A stretch of 63,921 nucleotides of DNA, filler included, from Diploschistes diacapsis (GCA_023645945.1; 17 parts of 17 records of this genome joined end to end with filler, not necessarily neighbours in it), one strand, 5' to 3'; positions 11,897 to 24,590 are shown, counted from the whole stretch's first letter. The notes: generated by a model from the letters alone, not told the origin. Numbers and translations: made by a program.

Positions 11897-13428
11897 ATGG
11901 ACAGAGTTCCAGCCGACAACTACTCGCAGTCAGGTTCGAAGACTCGTCCATAAAAGAAGCATTGGTCTTTCGAGCCGCGATCCTAAACCTCCAACGCAGA
12001 TCCAGCATCTGCTGCGCAGTACACTCCACACCAAGAGCTTCGCGCTGCCACCACCGCAGGAAACAACTATCCGCCGACGGGAACGCCTTCGACGGAGTAC
12101 AGCGCGGCACCATCTTCGGCGCGTTCATCGCACTTCCCACCAGAATACCATCTGGCGCGTCAGCAGCACTACACTCCTGTCAGTGGAGCAAGTATGGCAC
12201 AAGCTACAAGTCCGTCACTGCCTTTATCTGATGGCCAAAACCAAAGCCATTCGTCCAACAAGTCTAACAACGACCTACCTATAGATCCCTCGATTGCCGC
12301 TAACAGCCCGACCTACCCTGGTCCGTACTCGCCATACCCACCCCAGGGCCATGAGATGGCCCAGTACCAGGGGCACCCTCCGCCCGGGTACCCTCATTGG
12401 CCTGGATACGCTGGTCATCCACACGGCATGCCTTACAGCTCGCCCGGTGCACCACCTCCAGGAGGCTCTCCCGCTACCACTGGACCTCCACGACCTGGGC
12501 AGGTGAGGTCCCAGTTTGGTCGTTTCCCTGCATCTACTCCCCAACTGACGCGTCGCGAACAGGTCTACTCTTTTGTTCCGATTCCTGGTGCTCAGCAACA
12601 TAAGCGCCCTCGCCGCCGATTCGAGGAAATTGAGCGTATGTACAAGTGTGGACACAACGGCTGTGAAAAGGCTTACGGTACACTCAATCACCTAAATGCC
12701 CATGTGACAATGCAGGGACACGGACAGAAGCGCACGCCAGAAGGTAAGTTGCGCTTAAGCTTTGAATGTTGATTTGTTTTGCGCCTCTTTTTTTTTGGTT
12801 GCGAGCCCGCCAAGTTGGTTCTGCAAGCTTAGCTTGAATGTGGTTCTTAGCCCCGTTACACAACGTTGGCGTGCCCTTGTGGGCGGATGCCACTAAAAGT
12901 TAGGGCGCACTCACTTCGATCTACGCGCGAGCCTATCTCAACTGCACCTTTTTTTTTTCTTTTGCTGTCGCCTGATGCCACTCTAATCCCGATATTGTTT
13001 CAATTAAACTCTATGAATGCGAGCTTGTCGGACACGCTGACCGCTGACCGTGTGGTGCAGAATTCAAGGAGATCCGCAAGGAATGGAAAGCGCGCAAGAA
13101 GGAGGAAGATGCGGCTAGAAAGGCCGAGGAAGACCGCCAGCGCCAGTCCATGGGGGGACCAGCCGTTGACGGAAGTTCCAACGACAGCGCTCAGACACCA
13201 ACAAGCCAGGTTTATCCACCTGGCCCTCGCCCTCAGCTTCCTCCTCTCGCCTACTCCGGTGCAAACCAAGTGGGTGGTGGTCAATATCCTGGTGGCGCCG
13301 AGCAGATGTATCAGCAACCAAGCAATGGTCAGGTTTACTCCACGTACCCTCACTCGCCGTACAACCAGAGTGGTCAAGTTTATCAGCAACACCAATGGTC
13401 TGGGGCACATCCCAAATCTGAAGCTTGA
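11897..13428 (+). CDS. con7: Con7/Vta2-type C2H2 zinc-finger transcription factor (4 exons)
   Basis: Exons 11897-11933, 12000-12502, 12563-12743 and 13061-13428, with GT..AG introns and consistent phases. Spliced product: MDRVPADNYSQSDPASAAQY...QQHKRPRRRFEEIERMYKCGHNGCEKAYGTLNHLNAHVTMQGHGQKRTPEEFKEIRKEWKARKKEE, the Con7 family signature. Confidence 0.88.
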
Positions 13429-14849
13429 GCTTACAAGACCGGCAGACCTTATACGCGATCTTACGAGCGTGCTTAGTAATGCTTGCGCATGTTGACGACC
13501 GTCTTTTCCTTATCTTTATTTCTCTGCGTGCGAAACCTGCATGAGATATCCCTGGCTTGACATAATTTGATGTTTCTGTATGGTGGGAGTGGTGGATCTT
13601 AGGTTGATGGCGAAGAAGGGGAACTCCATGCTGGACCAAGGCTTACGGAACGAGGGATCAGATCTGAAAGCGGCATATGCTCTGGCGTTTTAGCATGTTT
13701 GAATGTCGACCTGTCAACTGCATGAAGCGATGGTGGATGCCTTACTGCTCTCTTTCCGCATCTTCCCCTACCTTGTCAGTTGCATCCTTGTTTGTCGTGG
13801 TAGGCTGGCGAAATGATGGGCTGATGTTGGTTGTGAATGTGGGGGATTTGAGAATTGGCGCTTCTGTCTTGATGGAACTTGAGATACTCCTCTATTGTTC
13901 TTTTTCCTTGGCTTCTCATCACTCAGCACACCGCAGCCAAGTTTCATCCTCAATACCCTTGCACCGCCGTGTGCGCTCTTCACAATCGTTTTGTATCTAC
14001 CGAACATTACGAACTTGATAGTAACTGAAAATGAATGGAATCGGACCCCGAGTAGCGCCCCGAAGTGCGAGTGATTTTCTGTCAAACCTCGTGTCTGCCG
14101 TCCGCTAACTAGTAGTTTCTCGATTTCGGTTACACCACAACCTAACACAATACATGGGGATGTATGGTGCAAAACCTAAGAGAACTAGCTCCAAGTCCAA
14201 GAGATGGCTTCCGTTAAGCCAGGCTTGCAGGGTCTTTCGTAGCCCATCAACTAAGTTGAACCGATCCTCGGGCGCGCGGCCGATGTAAAGTTTTCAATCG
14301 TGGAAAGATAGCTACTGGATAAAGAAGGCTCGACTTTTAGTATCTATACTATAGCACCTGACGCTATCTACGTACGTACAAGGCAAGAACCGGACCTCGC
14401 TTAGCGGTCACCACGTTTGATACTTTCACGCTGGCATGGGCAAGCCTCTTTACATAGTCAATCCCGTTGAGCTGGTCCTTAAGCAGCCTGCCTAGTCTTT
14501 AGTGCTTTTTAGTCTTGCGAACAATCAATTTTGAGAGCGAAAATCAAAGTCTAACGTGATATTTCTCCGCAATGAATTCGTCTTGCCCCTCAAGAGCATT
14601 CAGCTACCCCATTTGACTGCGTTTTTCTTGACGCGACGATTGTAGCCATCCTATCTAGCTCTCTTAAAGGTATAGTGTCATATAATGCAGCTTCTTCCTA
14701 TACGCCTTACGGTGCTTTGACTATTGACGTCCTTCCGTGCTCGGCAATCCGTCCGTGCAGGTATTAATAGTTCAGAAAAAGCAAATCGATGCTGTTTTAT
14801 CAAAAAGGTAACCCAACTTGCGTTCAATCCAACCTCATGGTATGTTCCA

Positions 14850-16007
14850 ATGGCCAAAATGGCCTCTCCTGTTCCTGTCCTGGTAATCGGGGGCTGTGGA
14901 TTTATCGGATATCACATTACTCGTCTTTGTGTTGATGACGACTTCTTCCAGCCAGTTCAGGTTGCCAGTCGCAAACCAAATACCAATCTTGTAGAGGGGG
15001 CAAAGTACCATCCCGTCGATATCTGCTCCGTCTCGGAGCTGGATAAGCTCATTGAGGCACTTCGACCAACGATCATTATCCATTGCGCGAGTCCCGTACC
15101 TACAGTCGCCACAACGAGCGCATTCCAAAGAGTCACAATAGATGGCACGAAGAACATACTCCAAGCCGCTACAGAAGCGAGCTCTGTGGAAGCACTCATC
15201 TTTACGTCTTCTTCCACCATGGGCTATGGTCATGAGCATCTAAATCTACGCGAGGACGCCCCACTGGCGGACGAAGATCCTCATGCCCATCCGTACGCAA
15301 GGACAAAGGCCACAGCCGATAAGATGGTTCTGGCGGCTAATAAGCCGGATGTGGCCGAGAGCACGTCTTCCGGACACATCGGAAGTCTGCGAACAGCCTG
15401 CATCCGCCTCCCACTCGTCTACGGAGAGCGCGATCTCCAGGCCATCCCAAGCGGACTGGCGGCACTGGAGAGTGGTCAGACCATGTTCCAGATTGGCGAC
15501 GGGCGCAATTTGTGGGAGGTCTGTAGCGTCGAGAATGGAGCGACAGCCCACATTCTACTTGCGAAAGCAATGTTGGGCCAATTACCGGCTGCAAAGGGAC
15601 ACAAGATCGATGGACAGGCATTCAACATCTCCGACGAGGATCGACATCCCTTCTGGGGGTTTGCGCGGATGGTTTGGAAGTGTGCGGGCTGGGATCCTGG
15701 CTCTGATGGGAAAGGAGATCAGATGGTGTGGGTTCTCCCAGCGTGGTTGGCGCTATCGATGGCAGCGTGTCTGGAATGGGCATATTGGATCTTCACCCTG
15801 GGGACGAGACGGCCAGGAAATCTGGGCACGCAGCAAATACAATATTTCTGCTACGAGCACACATACGACATCAGCAAGGCAAAAGAGAGGCTTGGATATA
15901 GGCCCGTGAAGGGGTTCGAGGAGGGGATTAGGAGGGGTGTCGAATGGAATCTTAGAGAAGCTGGTTGGGAGAAAAGACTAGCTGGGCGAGTGAAGAAGAA
16001 TCAGTGA
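14850..16007 (+). CDS. 3-beta-hydroxysteroid dehydrogenase / C-3 sterol dehydrogenase (Erg26-like) extended SDR
   Basis: Rossmann VLVIGGCGFIG, catalytic YARTK (YxxxK), IRLPLVYGERD, SVENGATAHILLA and C-terminal YDISKAKERLGYRP. Start is ATG 14850 or 14859; no intron apparent. Confidence 0.88.
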   Translation: MAKMASPVPVLVIGGCGFIGYHITRLCVDDDFFQPVQVASRKPNTNLVEGAKYHPVDICSVSELDKLIEALRPTIIIHCASPVPTVATTSAFQRVTIDGTKNILQAATEASSVEALIFTSSSTMGYGHEHLNLREDAPLADEDPHAHPYARTKATADKMVLAANKPDVAESTSSGHIGSLRTACIRLPLVYGERDLQAIPSGLAALESGQTMFQIGDGRNLWEVCSVENGATAHILLAKAMLGQLPAAKGHKIDGQAFNISDEDRHPFWGFARMVWKCAGWDPGSDGKGDQMVWVLPAWLALSMAACLEWAYWIFTLGTRRPGNLGTQQIQYFCYEHTYDISKAKERLGYRPVKGFEEGIRRGVEWNLREAGWEKRLAGRVKKNQ

Positions 16008-16821
16008 AAGCATCATGTATATGTGACAAGGAAGGGAGTGACGGCTTCCGTATTCACCGTCAGGCCGTCTCCATTGTCCAAGATAGGATCTTGCATCCCA
16101 CGGTAATCTCAGGGTGGGGACAACCCCGGAGCACATCAGAACATCACCTTAGTGCTCTTTCCCAGGTGCATGTCACTAACTCAGGGATCTAGCAAGGCAA
16201 ATATCTCAAGGCTGGGATATCTTTTTACTGCAGTGTGCATAATGCTCTTACGGTATACCATCAATAGTGAGCTTTGGCTTTTGGTATGTGAGTACGTCCA
16301 CTATCACTTAATTGCAAATGCCCTGTGCTTGTGCTGCTAACTTCTCCGAAGTAGACTAATGAGCGCGTTACCCCCAAACGACACTCTCCGAAACTGTGGC
16401 TCCGACTTCAGATTTTCTGTATCAGAGAATTCAACAAATGAGCACGATAACCCCTAAAGCGGAGTGGCTAGCAGGCAGGAAGAAGATAGTACCGCGGTAA
16501 GAAGTCATCGAATAGCTAAACGACAAATCATTACTTACTCATTCAGAGCCAGTGCATCTACAATGCAAGTGACGAAGCTCAACCACACTCGCAAGTTAAC
16601 TTTTACGTCAAAGCAGGGAGCTCTATTCTTGAGCCGCTCAATGGTCCGCCCAGTCTTCTCCAGTTTTTCCCCAGATGCCTATCCGTAGTCCTCTATCAAG
16701 CTCGCATCGCAACCAAAACATTAAAGCCCGGCTATCTTCTCTTCCCCATCTTTTCCTTTAGTCTTATCTCTCTTTCTCCGCAACTGCCCGGCTATGGGAA
16801 GCTTCCCCAGATTCCACGAAA

Positions 16822-19395
16822 ATGAATCATCAACAGAGGACTATATCGGAGACCAGCTCCAACACCCGAGTCGATCGCGGGAGCCCTCATAACCAGGACG
16901 AGATAGCTCTGGAGCCGCGCCCTCATGCTCGCTTTAACAGCAGCAACGCTAACTCTAGAGCTGGCAATACTGAAGATGCAGAAGCCGAAAGCGCGGTCCC
17001 AAAGCGGGAGATCCTCCAGATGGAGGACTGCTACGAGGAGCTCGGCTTCGGCTTCTCATCGAGAAAGAAATGGACCATCCTCACCGTCATCTTCATTGTG
17101 CAGGTCTCTATGAACTTCAACACTTCCCTCTATTCCAACGCGCTCGGAGGCATTGCCTCGACTTACGGGGTGAGCGAGCAAGCCGCCAGGTGCGGTGCAA
17201 TGATCTTTCTCGTTCTTTACGCCTTCGGCTGCGAGATCTGGGCCCCGTGGAGTGAGGAAATGGGACGGAAACCTGTTCTCCAGCTCAGTCTGTTCTTGGT
17301 CAACATCTTCCAGCTGCCTGTTGCGCTTGCTCCCAACTTTACGACCATCATGATTGGCCGTGCCCTCGGCGGTCTCGCTTCCGCCGGTGGCTCCGTTACG
17401 CTGGGCATGGTCGCCGACATGTGGAACGCCGATGAGCAGCAGTACGCCGTGGCGTACGTCGTCCTCTCCTCCGTCGGAGGATCCGTCATCGGCCCTGTTG
17501 TCGGCGGTTTCGTCCAGGGATCCCTTGCGTGGCAGTGGAATATCTGGATCCAGCTCATCTTCGGCGCTTTCGCTCAACTGGCTCACATGGCTCTCGTGCC
17601 CGAGACTCGATCAACCCTGATGATGAATAAGATCGCCAAGGGCCGTCGCAAGTCTGGCAAGAACCCTAACATATACGGCCCTACAGAAGGCAAGTCGATC
17701 AAAGATCTCTTCACCGTCGACGAAATCGTCGAGACCTGGTTCCGCCCCTTCCGTATGTTTCTCACCGAGCCTATCGTTCTCAGCCTTTCCCTGCTCTCCG
17801 GCTTCAGCGATGCCCTCATCTTCATGTTTATCCAGTCCTTCGCCCTCGTGTATAGACAGTGGAATTTCAACGACTGGCAGATCGGCCTCGCCTTCATACC
17901 TCTGCTTCTTGGATACATCTTGGCCTATATATCGTATCTGCCAGCGATATCACGTAATGTCAAGCAGCGCCACCGGAAGCCTGATGATGAAAAAGCCCAG
18001 TTCGAAAGCAGGCTCTGGTGGCTATTATATACAGCCCCATGTTTGCCGATTGGTCTCCTTGGTTTTGCCTGGACGATCCAGGGGCCCCCGGTCCATTGGA
18101 TAGGTAGCATGTTCTTTGCGGCAATTGTTGGTGTAAGTATATCTTGGCACTCTTCTCAGTAAAGGCTGCTGGGCAAGCGTCATTAAGAAAGCTATCTGTT
18201 TGAGTTGTACTATACCGCAGAGAGACTGGGCTCATGACTTCTTATTTATCTTGTACCCGAATTCCACTCGCTAAGACGCTATCGGGAAAGGAGAGGCTCA
18301 AACTATAATCAGTGTGTCTTGAAGATTCGCTTTAAGATGGATCCTGTCGTCTGGTCTCTATCTTTGCTCGATTGGCGATTCTTTACCCAACTCTGAACCC
18401 CCCTATTTCATCATGTAAGATCATGAGCTGATTAATTGTCTCTTGCAGATCGCCAACTATAGTATTTAGTAGGTGAACCCTTTCGCTATGGCGTGAATCC
18501 AGGACAAGACAGTCGCTAATTTATATGTAGCATGGGCACAGTGGATTACATGATTTGTGCCTGTAAGTACAAAGTCTAGTTTCTTTTCTTACAGCTAGCC
18601 AGGCTCTTTAAGCGCACCGTACAACAGCGACAGCCTTCGATAGTTCTGGGGATTGAAAGCCTTCAGTTGCTGCTAGCGGCTTCATGAAGCTCTCTGTGGG
18701 CTGAAGGCATGTGGCTTGGTAATACCGGCAGAAGCATGTCTGAAGCCTGAACGAGCCTGCTGCGAAGCTACTCAGTCTACGTTGGCGCTCTTTCCTCGTT
18801 GTCACTGGTTCAAGTTGATAAGATTTTCATCCCTAGCTACGTTAATTCTTACTATCTTAGTATTGAAGCTGATCCCTGTGCTAGACGGTCCTTACTCTGC
18901 GAGCGCAACTGGAGGCAACGGCTGGGCCCGAGACTTTCTAGCTGGGGTCCTTACCGTGCCGGCCACCCCGTTCTTCGTATGGATGAGCGCGATCGTCCAA
19001 ATCACAAGTGTCTCGCGCTGACGAGTCTGCAGAGTAACATCGGGTCGAGGCCGCTCGCTTATGGGTCCACAATTCTCTGTATGTTCACTACTTTCTCCCT
19101 CTATCTGTTTTTCCGGCTTCACGGGGCCCTATATCATCACTTGCGACGTCCCCCCTTCAGTTGTGGGCCGCTTAACGTCTCTCTAGTCTGCATTTCCTTC
19201 GTCCTCGTCATTGCCGTCTACGTAATCTATCGGAATGGCGCAGCACTCCGACGGAAGTCTTCATTCGCCCTGCGAATCTCCAACGAGATGAAGATTGTCG
19301 AGGCACGTCGCGCATCGCGCGCTGCTGGCATGAGTAGGAATAATTCCACCGCAGCCAGCGCGGCTCTAGCAGGTAATGCAGAGAACGTGCTCTGA
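16822..19395 (+). CDS. MFS drug:H+ antiporter (DHA1 family), 6 exons
   Basis: Exons 16822-18132, 18449-18468, 18531-18562, 18885-18976, 19033-19078 and 19187-19395 splice in phase (…AIVG-IANYSIY-MGTVDYMICA-YGPYSASATGGNGWARDFLAG…). Motifs WAPWSEEMGRKPV, IGRALGG and PETR, with many hydrophobic segments. Confidence 0.9.
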
Positions 19396-20066
19396 GTTCT
19401 CGAAGCCGCTAAGAATCGAAAAAACTGGAGGAAAAAAAGACTGAAGTAGTATGTCAATAAGAAGATTTCTTGAACATAAAGTACATGGAGTACGAAAGGC
19501 TAGGCGGCTACAGACAGGAACCAAAAGTCAGGAGAATTGGGGATTTGGACGGTTCCTCAGTTCCTAAACGAATGTGTCTACTTAGCAAACAATTTTCACC
19601 AAAGTTTCTTGACGCTATGCTTCTGAAAAACTCTGCTTATCTGTGCTAGACAAGAAGCCTTACAAGGTACCAATATTGCTGAATTCAAGTACCATGGAAA
19701 TTATCTGGTCCACGCGGATATATCAGAACCATCTCGTACCAATCCGGTAATCCGAACCAGAGAGGCCACACTCTGTTTGATTTTCCTGGATGTCATTCAA
19801 CAAGAGCGAATCCCAGAAACCTGCTCGATATGTCCTCAAACCTTTTTGGCATGTTTCATTTCTTCCTATTAAGTACCAAAAGTCTGGAAGAAAGAAACTT
19901 TTGGAGTATTTATCTCCCGCAGCGTGTTAGTCTGGTTTTCTATCTTTCTCCATCTTTTCCATACAGCCTCCGCATAAAAGCCCTTCATTGCTCTTCCATC
20001 CTCCACTTTCTCCACTTTCTCCTTCTGATTTATTAAGTATCACACAGCTCAATCTCCCATCCTCGC

Positions 20067-20599
20067 ATGGCCAGAGCCACCACCATGCCTTCCACAATGA
20101 CCCTCCTCCCCTGCCTCTTCCTCTCTCTCTCCCTACTCGCCTCTATCGGCAGCTCCCTCCCGGCCGAAATGCCGGTAAAAGCCGTCTACAGCATCCCACC
20201 CAGCGGACCCCAGATATCCTCTCCAGCCAAGGACGTCTCACCCGTGACCGCCACCGCCACCGCCACCGCCTCCCCCTCGAAGTGCCCCTTCATTCCGTGC
20301 CATGTCGTACAGGACACGGAAGCGGAACCGGTTGCCTCGAAGCGTCCCATCCCCAACCTCGCCCGGTACAAGCGTCCCCACCACCACCACGGCGGCCAAA
20401 AGTCCACCACCACCACCACCACCACCACCCAAACCTCCACCTCCCTCTCAATCTCCGCGCCAACCCCGAAGGCCTGCGACGAACCCGCCGCCAAGGTCAG
20501 CCCCCAACCCAAGGCTCGCGAAAGCGGTCTGGATCGGGCCGCAAACACGTGGTTCAAACCCGGCGCGGACGAGAGAGACAGCGTGCAGGTCCGAGGAGA

Positions 20600-20632
<33 letters not shown>

Positions 20633-20873
20633 CAAAGGCCACAAGAAGGCGGAAGAGGAGGCCGCGGGACCGACGCCAGCGGGCCCGGAGATGGTCGAGC
20701 GAGAGTCGCGGAACAAGCAGTGGCAGCACTGCCTGCTGACGGCGAAGGACAAGGACAAGCTGGGCATGAACTGGATAGAGCGCGCGCAGTACGACGACTG
20801 GTGGTGGAAGCACTGCCGGCCCGACTACATGCATATCGACGGCAAGATCAGGCCGTGGGATGGGAAGGGCTAG
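20067..20873 (+). CDS. Hypothetical secreted protein with low-complexity T/A/P tracts and a Trp/Cys-rich C-terminus
   Basis: 268-aa GC3-rich ORF. Signal-peptide-like LLPCLFLSLSLLASIGSSLP (the true start may be ATG 20085 or 20097), poly-T, poly-A and poly-H runs, and C-terminal WQHCLL...WWWKHCRPDY...IRPWDGKG. Confidence 0.6.
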
Positions 20874-20931
20874 CTGGCTGGCTGGCTGGCTGGCTGTCTG
20901 GACAGCAGGTCGGTTGGTTGGGGGGGGGGGT

Positions 20932-21031
20932 NNNNNNNNNNNNNNNNNNNNNNNNNNNNNNNNNNNNNNNNNNNNTTAATTAATTAANNNNNNNNNNNNN
21001 NNNNNNNNNNNNNNNNNNNNNNNNNNNNNNN
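20932..21031. other. Artificial contig-joining spacer (44N-TTAATTAATTAA-44N); first of 16 copies
   Basis: Identical 100-nt spacers start at 20932, 22404, 23876, 25347, 26818, 28288, 29758, 31227, 52194, 53662, 55130, 56597, 58063, 59529, 60995 and 62459. The core places stop codons in all six frames. Confidence 0.98.
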
Positions 21032-22242
21032 GTGTTAGGGGTTGGGGTATAAAGTTGGGGAAGTGAAGAGGGGGTGAATGGGACGCGGTCGACTGACATA
21101 CTGTTATCCGAAGCAGTAGCGACTCGAGGAAGGCGTCGTCCTTGGCTAGGCTTTCGAGGACTTCCTGGTCTCCTGAGATGTTTATGAGGATGGTGAGGGC
21201 GTTTTTGGCGATAGGCTAGCCGGATGTTAATTAGATGCTTTGCGGTAAAACCTACGGCTCGGCTCTGTACCGCATAGTCTTTGACGAGCAGCTTCAGGTC
21301 AGTTACTGGTGTAAGCTGATTGGTCTTGAAGATCGATGGCGCCGTTTTTGAGTACGGCACCAGATTTTCGGCGGCTGGTCGTAATGAGCAATATGGTCCC
21401 AACCTGCTCCAGGACTACTCTCACCAATCTGTCGAATTTGGGTGTTGCCATGATGTAGGAATTCCACGAGCTGCTGCAAGCTTTACCAATCAATCTTAGA
21501 AGACAAGGTCTAGGGGGACTTACCTCTTCCAATTGTGTAGGCATCACAGCGCCTACGCTACTACGTCGAATTTCTCAGGCTTGCGAGTATGCTATGCGAT
21601 TCCTCCGCTAAACTGCCCTTCAGGCTTTACATATGTTCTTCGTTTCCTCATCGGGACTTTCCGCCCCACACCCTTTTTCAGCCCTATATCTGTTGTTCGT
21701 AATACCTAACATTGCTTCTTATCTGAATAGATCGAAGACTGGTGAGGAATCACCATGGCTAGCAAGAATCTCAGTCCATTCTATTGTGACTAGAGACTTC
21801 CTATTCTACTGGCACTACACGGTTAGTAAGCCTACTATTCCTGGAAGCCCCTTTTTATGCGTTTTCGTGCCTTCTCCCAAGATTATGTGGTTGGTTTGCT
21901 ACCGTCGTGAGGTCTGCGTGGTTTCTACCGTGGCTCAGACGTTATCATCCGACTGAATCCCAGGACATATAGCTCAGGAACCATTCGTCTATGTTCTTGT
22001 TTCACGTTGTTTTCCTCCCACTCTTTGCCTCTTTGAATTTCTTGTGCAGATTTTCGGACAATTGTATTCTCAGAGCGGCACTGATAGATGCCTATACTGC
22101 GTTTCTGTGCCATACTACTCATTCTTTTTGAATTTCGCATTTTTTGTGTCAAAATTCTTTTTCTAAAAAAGAATGGCCTTGCGAGATAACTGAAAGGGAT
22201 ATAAATAACGAGGAGAGAAAAGTTCTTTGCTCAGTTTCGGTA

Positions 22243-22290
22243 GAGTGTTGCCCCTAGTAACCGAACGGACCCTAGTAACCGATCATCCAT
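22243..22290 (+). mobile_element. Probable Tc1/mariner (pogo/Fot1-like) terminal inverted repeat
   Basis: TA followed by GAGTGTTG and a doubled 13-mer CCCTAGTAACCGA, the doubled-motif architecture of Fot1-type TIRs. AT-rich sequence follows. Confidence 0.4.
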
Positions 22291-22503
22291 AAGCGCTTTT
22301 TACACCCAAAATGCCCTCCCCTTTTTCATTTATTATAAGCTCCATATATTTTTTTATTTTTTGTTAATTTAAACCTAGATATTCTCGATAATAGAGAATG
22401 TTCNNNNNNNNNNNNNNNNNNNNNNNNNNNNNNNNNNNNNNNNNNNNTTAATTAATTAANNNNNNNNNNNNNNNNNNNNNNNNNNNNNNNNNNNNNNNNN
22501 NNN

Positions 22504-23635
22504 GACAGGCAGAAGGCATGGCTGGGAGTACAACTGAGTTCTAGAAGGAGGTTCAGTTCAGCTGAACTTCAAGGTTCAGTTCAGCTGAACTTTCTAGAAT
22601 TTCAACTAGACCGAATAAGGAATAGTATAAATAATAAAATTTAGCGTATCCTACGAGAATAAAAGTCTATAAAGTAAAATAACTTTTTAAATAAGACCTT
22701 TAAACTTTAATATATCTATTACGTTATTAAATAGATTATAAGCTCGAATTAACCTACTCGAATCATTTCGTGTGATCATATATCGGAAATAAGTTTTTTC
22801 GATAATTAGAACGATTACGAACGCGAGCACCGATTACGTTAACTTTTTTAAAAACCTAAATCGAAAAAATCTAAAAACCCAAAATCTAAATTATAGAACC
22901 CCAGAATAAGCAGATTTAAAAATAAAAGTTATACTACTTAAAAAGAACGCGGGACCTTATTACGCTGGCCTAAAATAGGCCTAAATAAGAAATACTTGGA
23001 TCCAAACCACCGTCTACACAGGCCAAAGAAAAGCGACCCCCTTTCCTCCTTCCCGACAAAAGATCGAAATTCAACTAAATCCTACGCTGAACCCTATCGA
23101 TCACCTTGACATCCTTCAATACCTAACAGCATCGCTACCTACGCCGCTGGACCTAATCGATCTCCTTCTTCATTTTCGATAATTAACAATATCGCTACCT
23201 ACGCTATCGGACCTAATCGAAACCCCTTAACAACCATCGAGAATTCAGCTAAACCTTACTAAACCTTCTCGATATCCTTATTAATCATCGAAATTCGATT
23301 AAACCGTTATTAAACTATTCGATTCCTTTCGTTTCTATTATAGAAAATTATTTTCTATATTATTATCAAAATATTAATTATAAATCATTCATTTATCTTT
23401 AAAAACAGCAACGATATAAATAATATCTTATTTAAAAAACGGGTTACTCCTATTCTAAAAAAGAAAAACCAACAACAATAATTCGAACTTATACGCGTGT
23501 ATCTTGAAAATAAAGAGATGGATTACGTTCTCGATAAAGATCCATCTATAATTATTCCAAATAACTTCACATCTTCATCTATTTCTACCCAATAAAAGAA
23601 AGATCAATCACAAATAAATTACCAAATCATAATCT
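22504..23635 (+). mobile_element. RIP-mutated Ty1/Copia 5' end: LTR, PBS, leader, gag start
   Basis: LTR with GTTCAGTTCAGCTGAAC repeats ends ~22733 and is followed by a PBS relic GATTATAAGCTCG. The leader has internal direct repeats. The gag relic KRVTPILKKKNQQQ*FELIRVYLENKEMDYVLD matches the copies at 24921 and ~29660. Confidence 0.8.
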
Positions 23636-23875
23636 TAGGCTGGCCGTTTCGTGCCACGGTCACTGACACGGACACTGCAGCAAAAATTTTTAAAACACGG
23701 ACACTGACACGGACACGATAGCTAAAATTTTAAAACACGGATACTAATACGGATACTGTACTGCAGTGAAAGCACGGACACGGATATTATAATTAAAAAT
23801 TTTAAAATACTGATATTGATACGGATACTGTATTTCCGTAAATTCATCGAAATACTGCGGTGAATCCACCGAAAC
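23636..23875 (+). mobile_element. hAT-like element left end with ACACGG subterminal repeats
   Basis: Starts TAGGCTGGCCGTTTCGTGCCACGG with many ACACGGA motifs. The same end occurs at 54216(+), 27247(-) and 28779(-), and a complementary right end ACGGCCCGCCTA ends at 57769. Confidence 0.65.
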
Positions 23876-23975
23876 NNNNNNNNNNNNNNNNNNNNNNNNN
23901 NNNNNNNNNNNNNNNNNNNTTAATTAATTAANNNNNNNNNNNNNNNNNNNNNNNNNNNNNNNNNNNNNNNNNNNN

Positions 23976-24290
23976 GTTTTTATATTCTTTTGATTTCTTT
24001 TCAGAATCATAATACTATACTTTTTCTTATTTTTTCTGTTATAAAGCTCTTGGTTTCAACAATGCACCAAACTTTCTTTCTTTATTCTTTATATTCGTCT
24101 CATTCTTTTGTTGTTCTTTCCTTCTTTTTTCTTTTTTTTGTTTTCTAATTCTTTCGTTCCGATAATATTGGTTCTTTTATTCATTTATTTTTTGCTGTTT
24201 TTTCTTAAAACTCGTATTCGATCCCTATTTTTTACCGTTCGTATTCGTATAATCCTAATTAATCTATTTAATTTCCGTTCGATATCGAGT
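23976..24290 (-). repeat. Unclassified RIP-mutated dispersed repeat (inverted copy at ~27290-27640)
   Basis: The sequence is the reverse complement of ~27290-27640 (e.g. AATGCACCAAACTTTCTTTC vs GAAAGAAAGTTTGGTGCATT), differing mainly by transitions. Confidence 0.75.
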
Positions 24291-24590
24291 AACTCGAGTT
24301 AATAATACTTATCGTTTCTAATATCGATAATTTTCAACTTCTAATTCTTTTTCAACATCCCATCTGTTCGCAGTCCAACCTTTTAAATACATCTTAACTA
24401 AATTCTGTTCTTTTATCCTTCTAATGCTGGCAGGCCATTCAAGGACAATCAGATACCCTTTTATTTCTCTCTCCATATTTTTACAAACAATATCTTTCTA
24501 TTATGCTTAGAACTTTCAGATCGTAATCTTCTTCTTACCTTTTACAAGATGTAAAAGGGTCCTTAGACAAATCCTTAGGTTGGCCCCCAT

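Noticed and set aside
20976..20987. Regularly spaced TTAATTAATTAA as a biological repeat or CRISPR-like array
   Set aside because: It is always embedded in 44+44 N and is a synthetic six-frame-stop linker.
21032..21062. TTAGGG/TTGGGG at a contig start as a telomere
   Set aside because: Only one TTAGGG and no tandem array.
21032..22240. Possible gene or LINE ORF1 relic on the minus strand
   Set aside because: Broken frames with no motif I can recognise; cannot be assigned.
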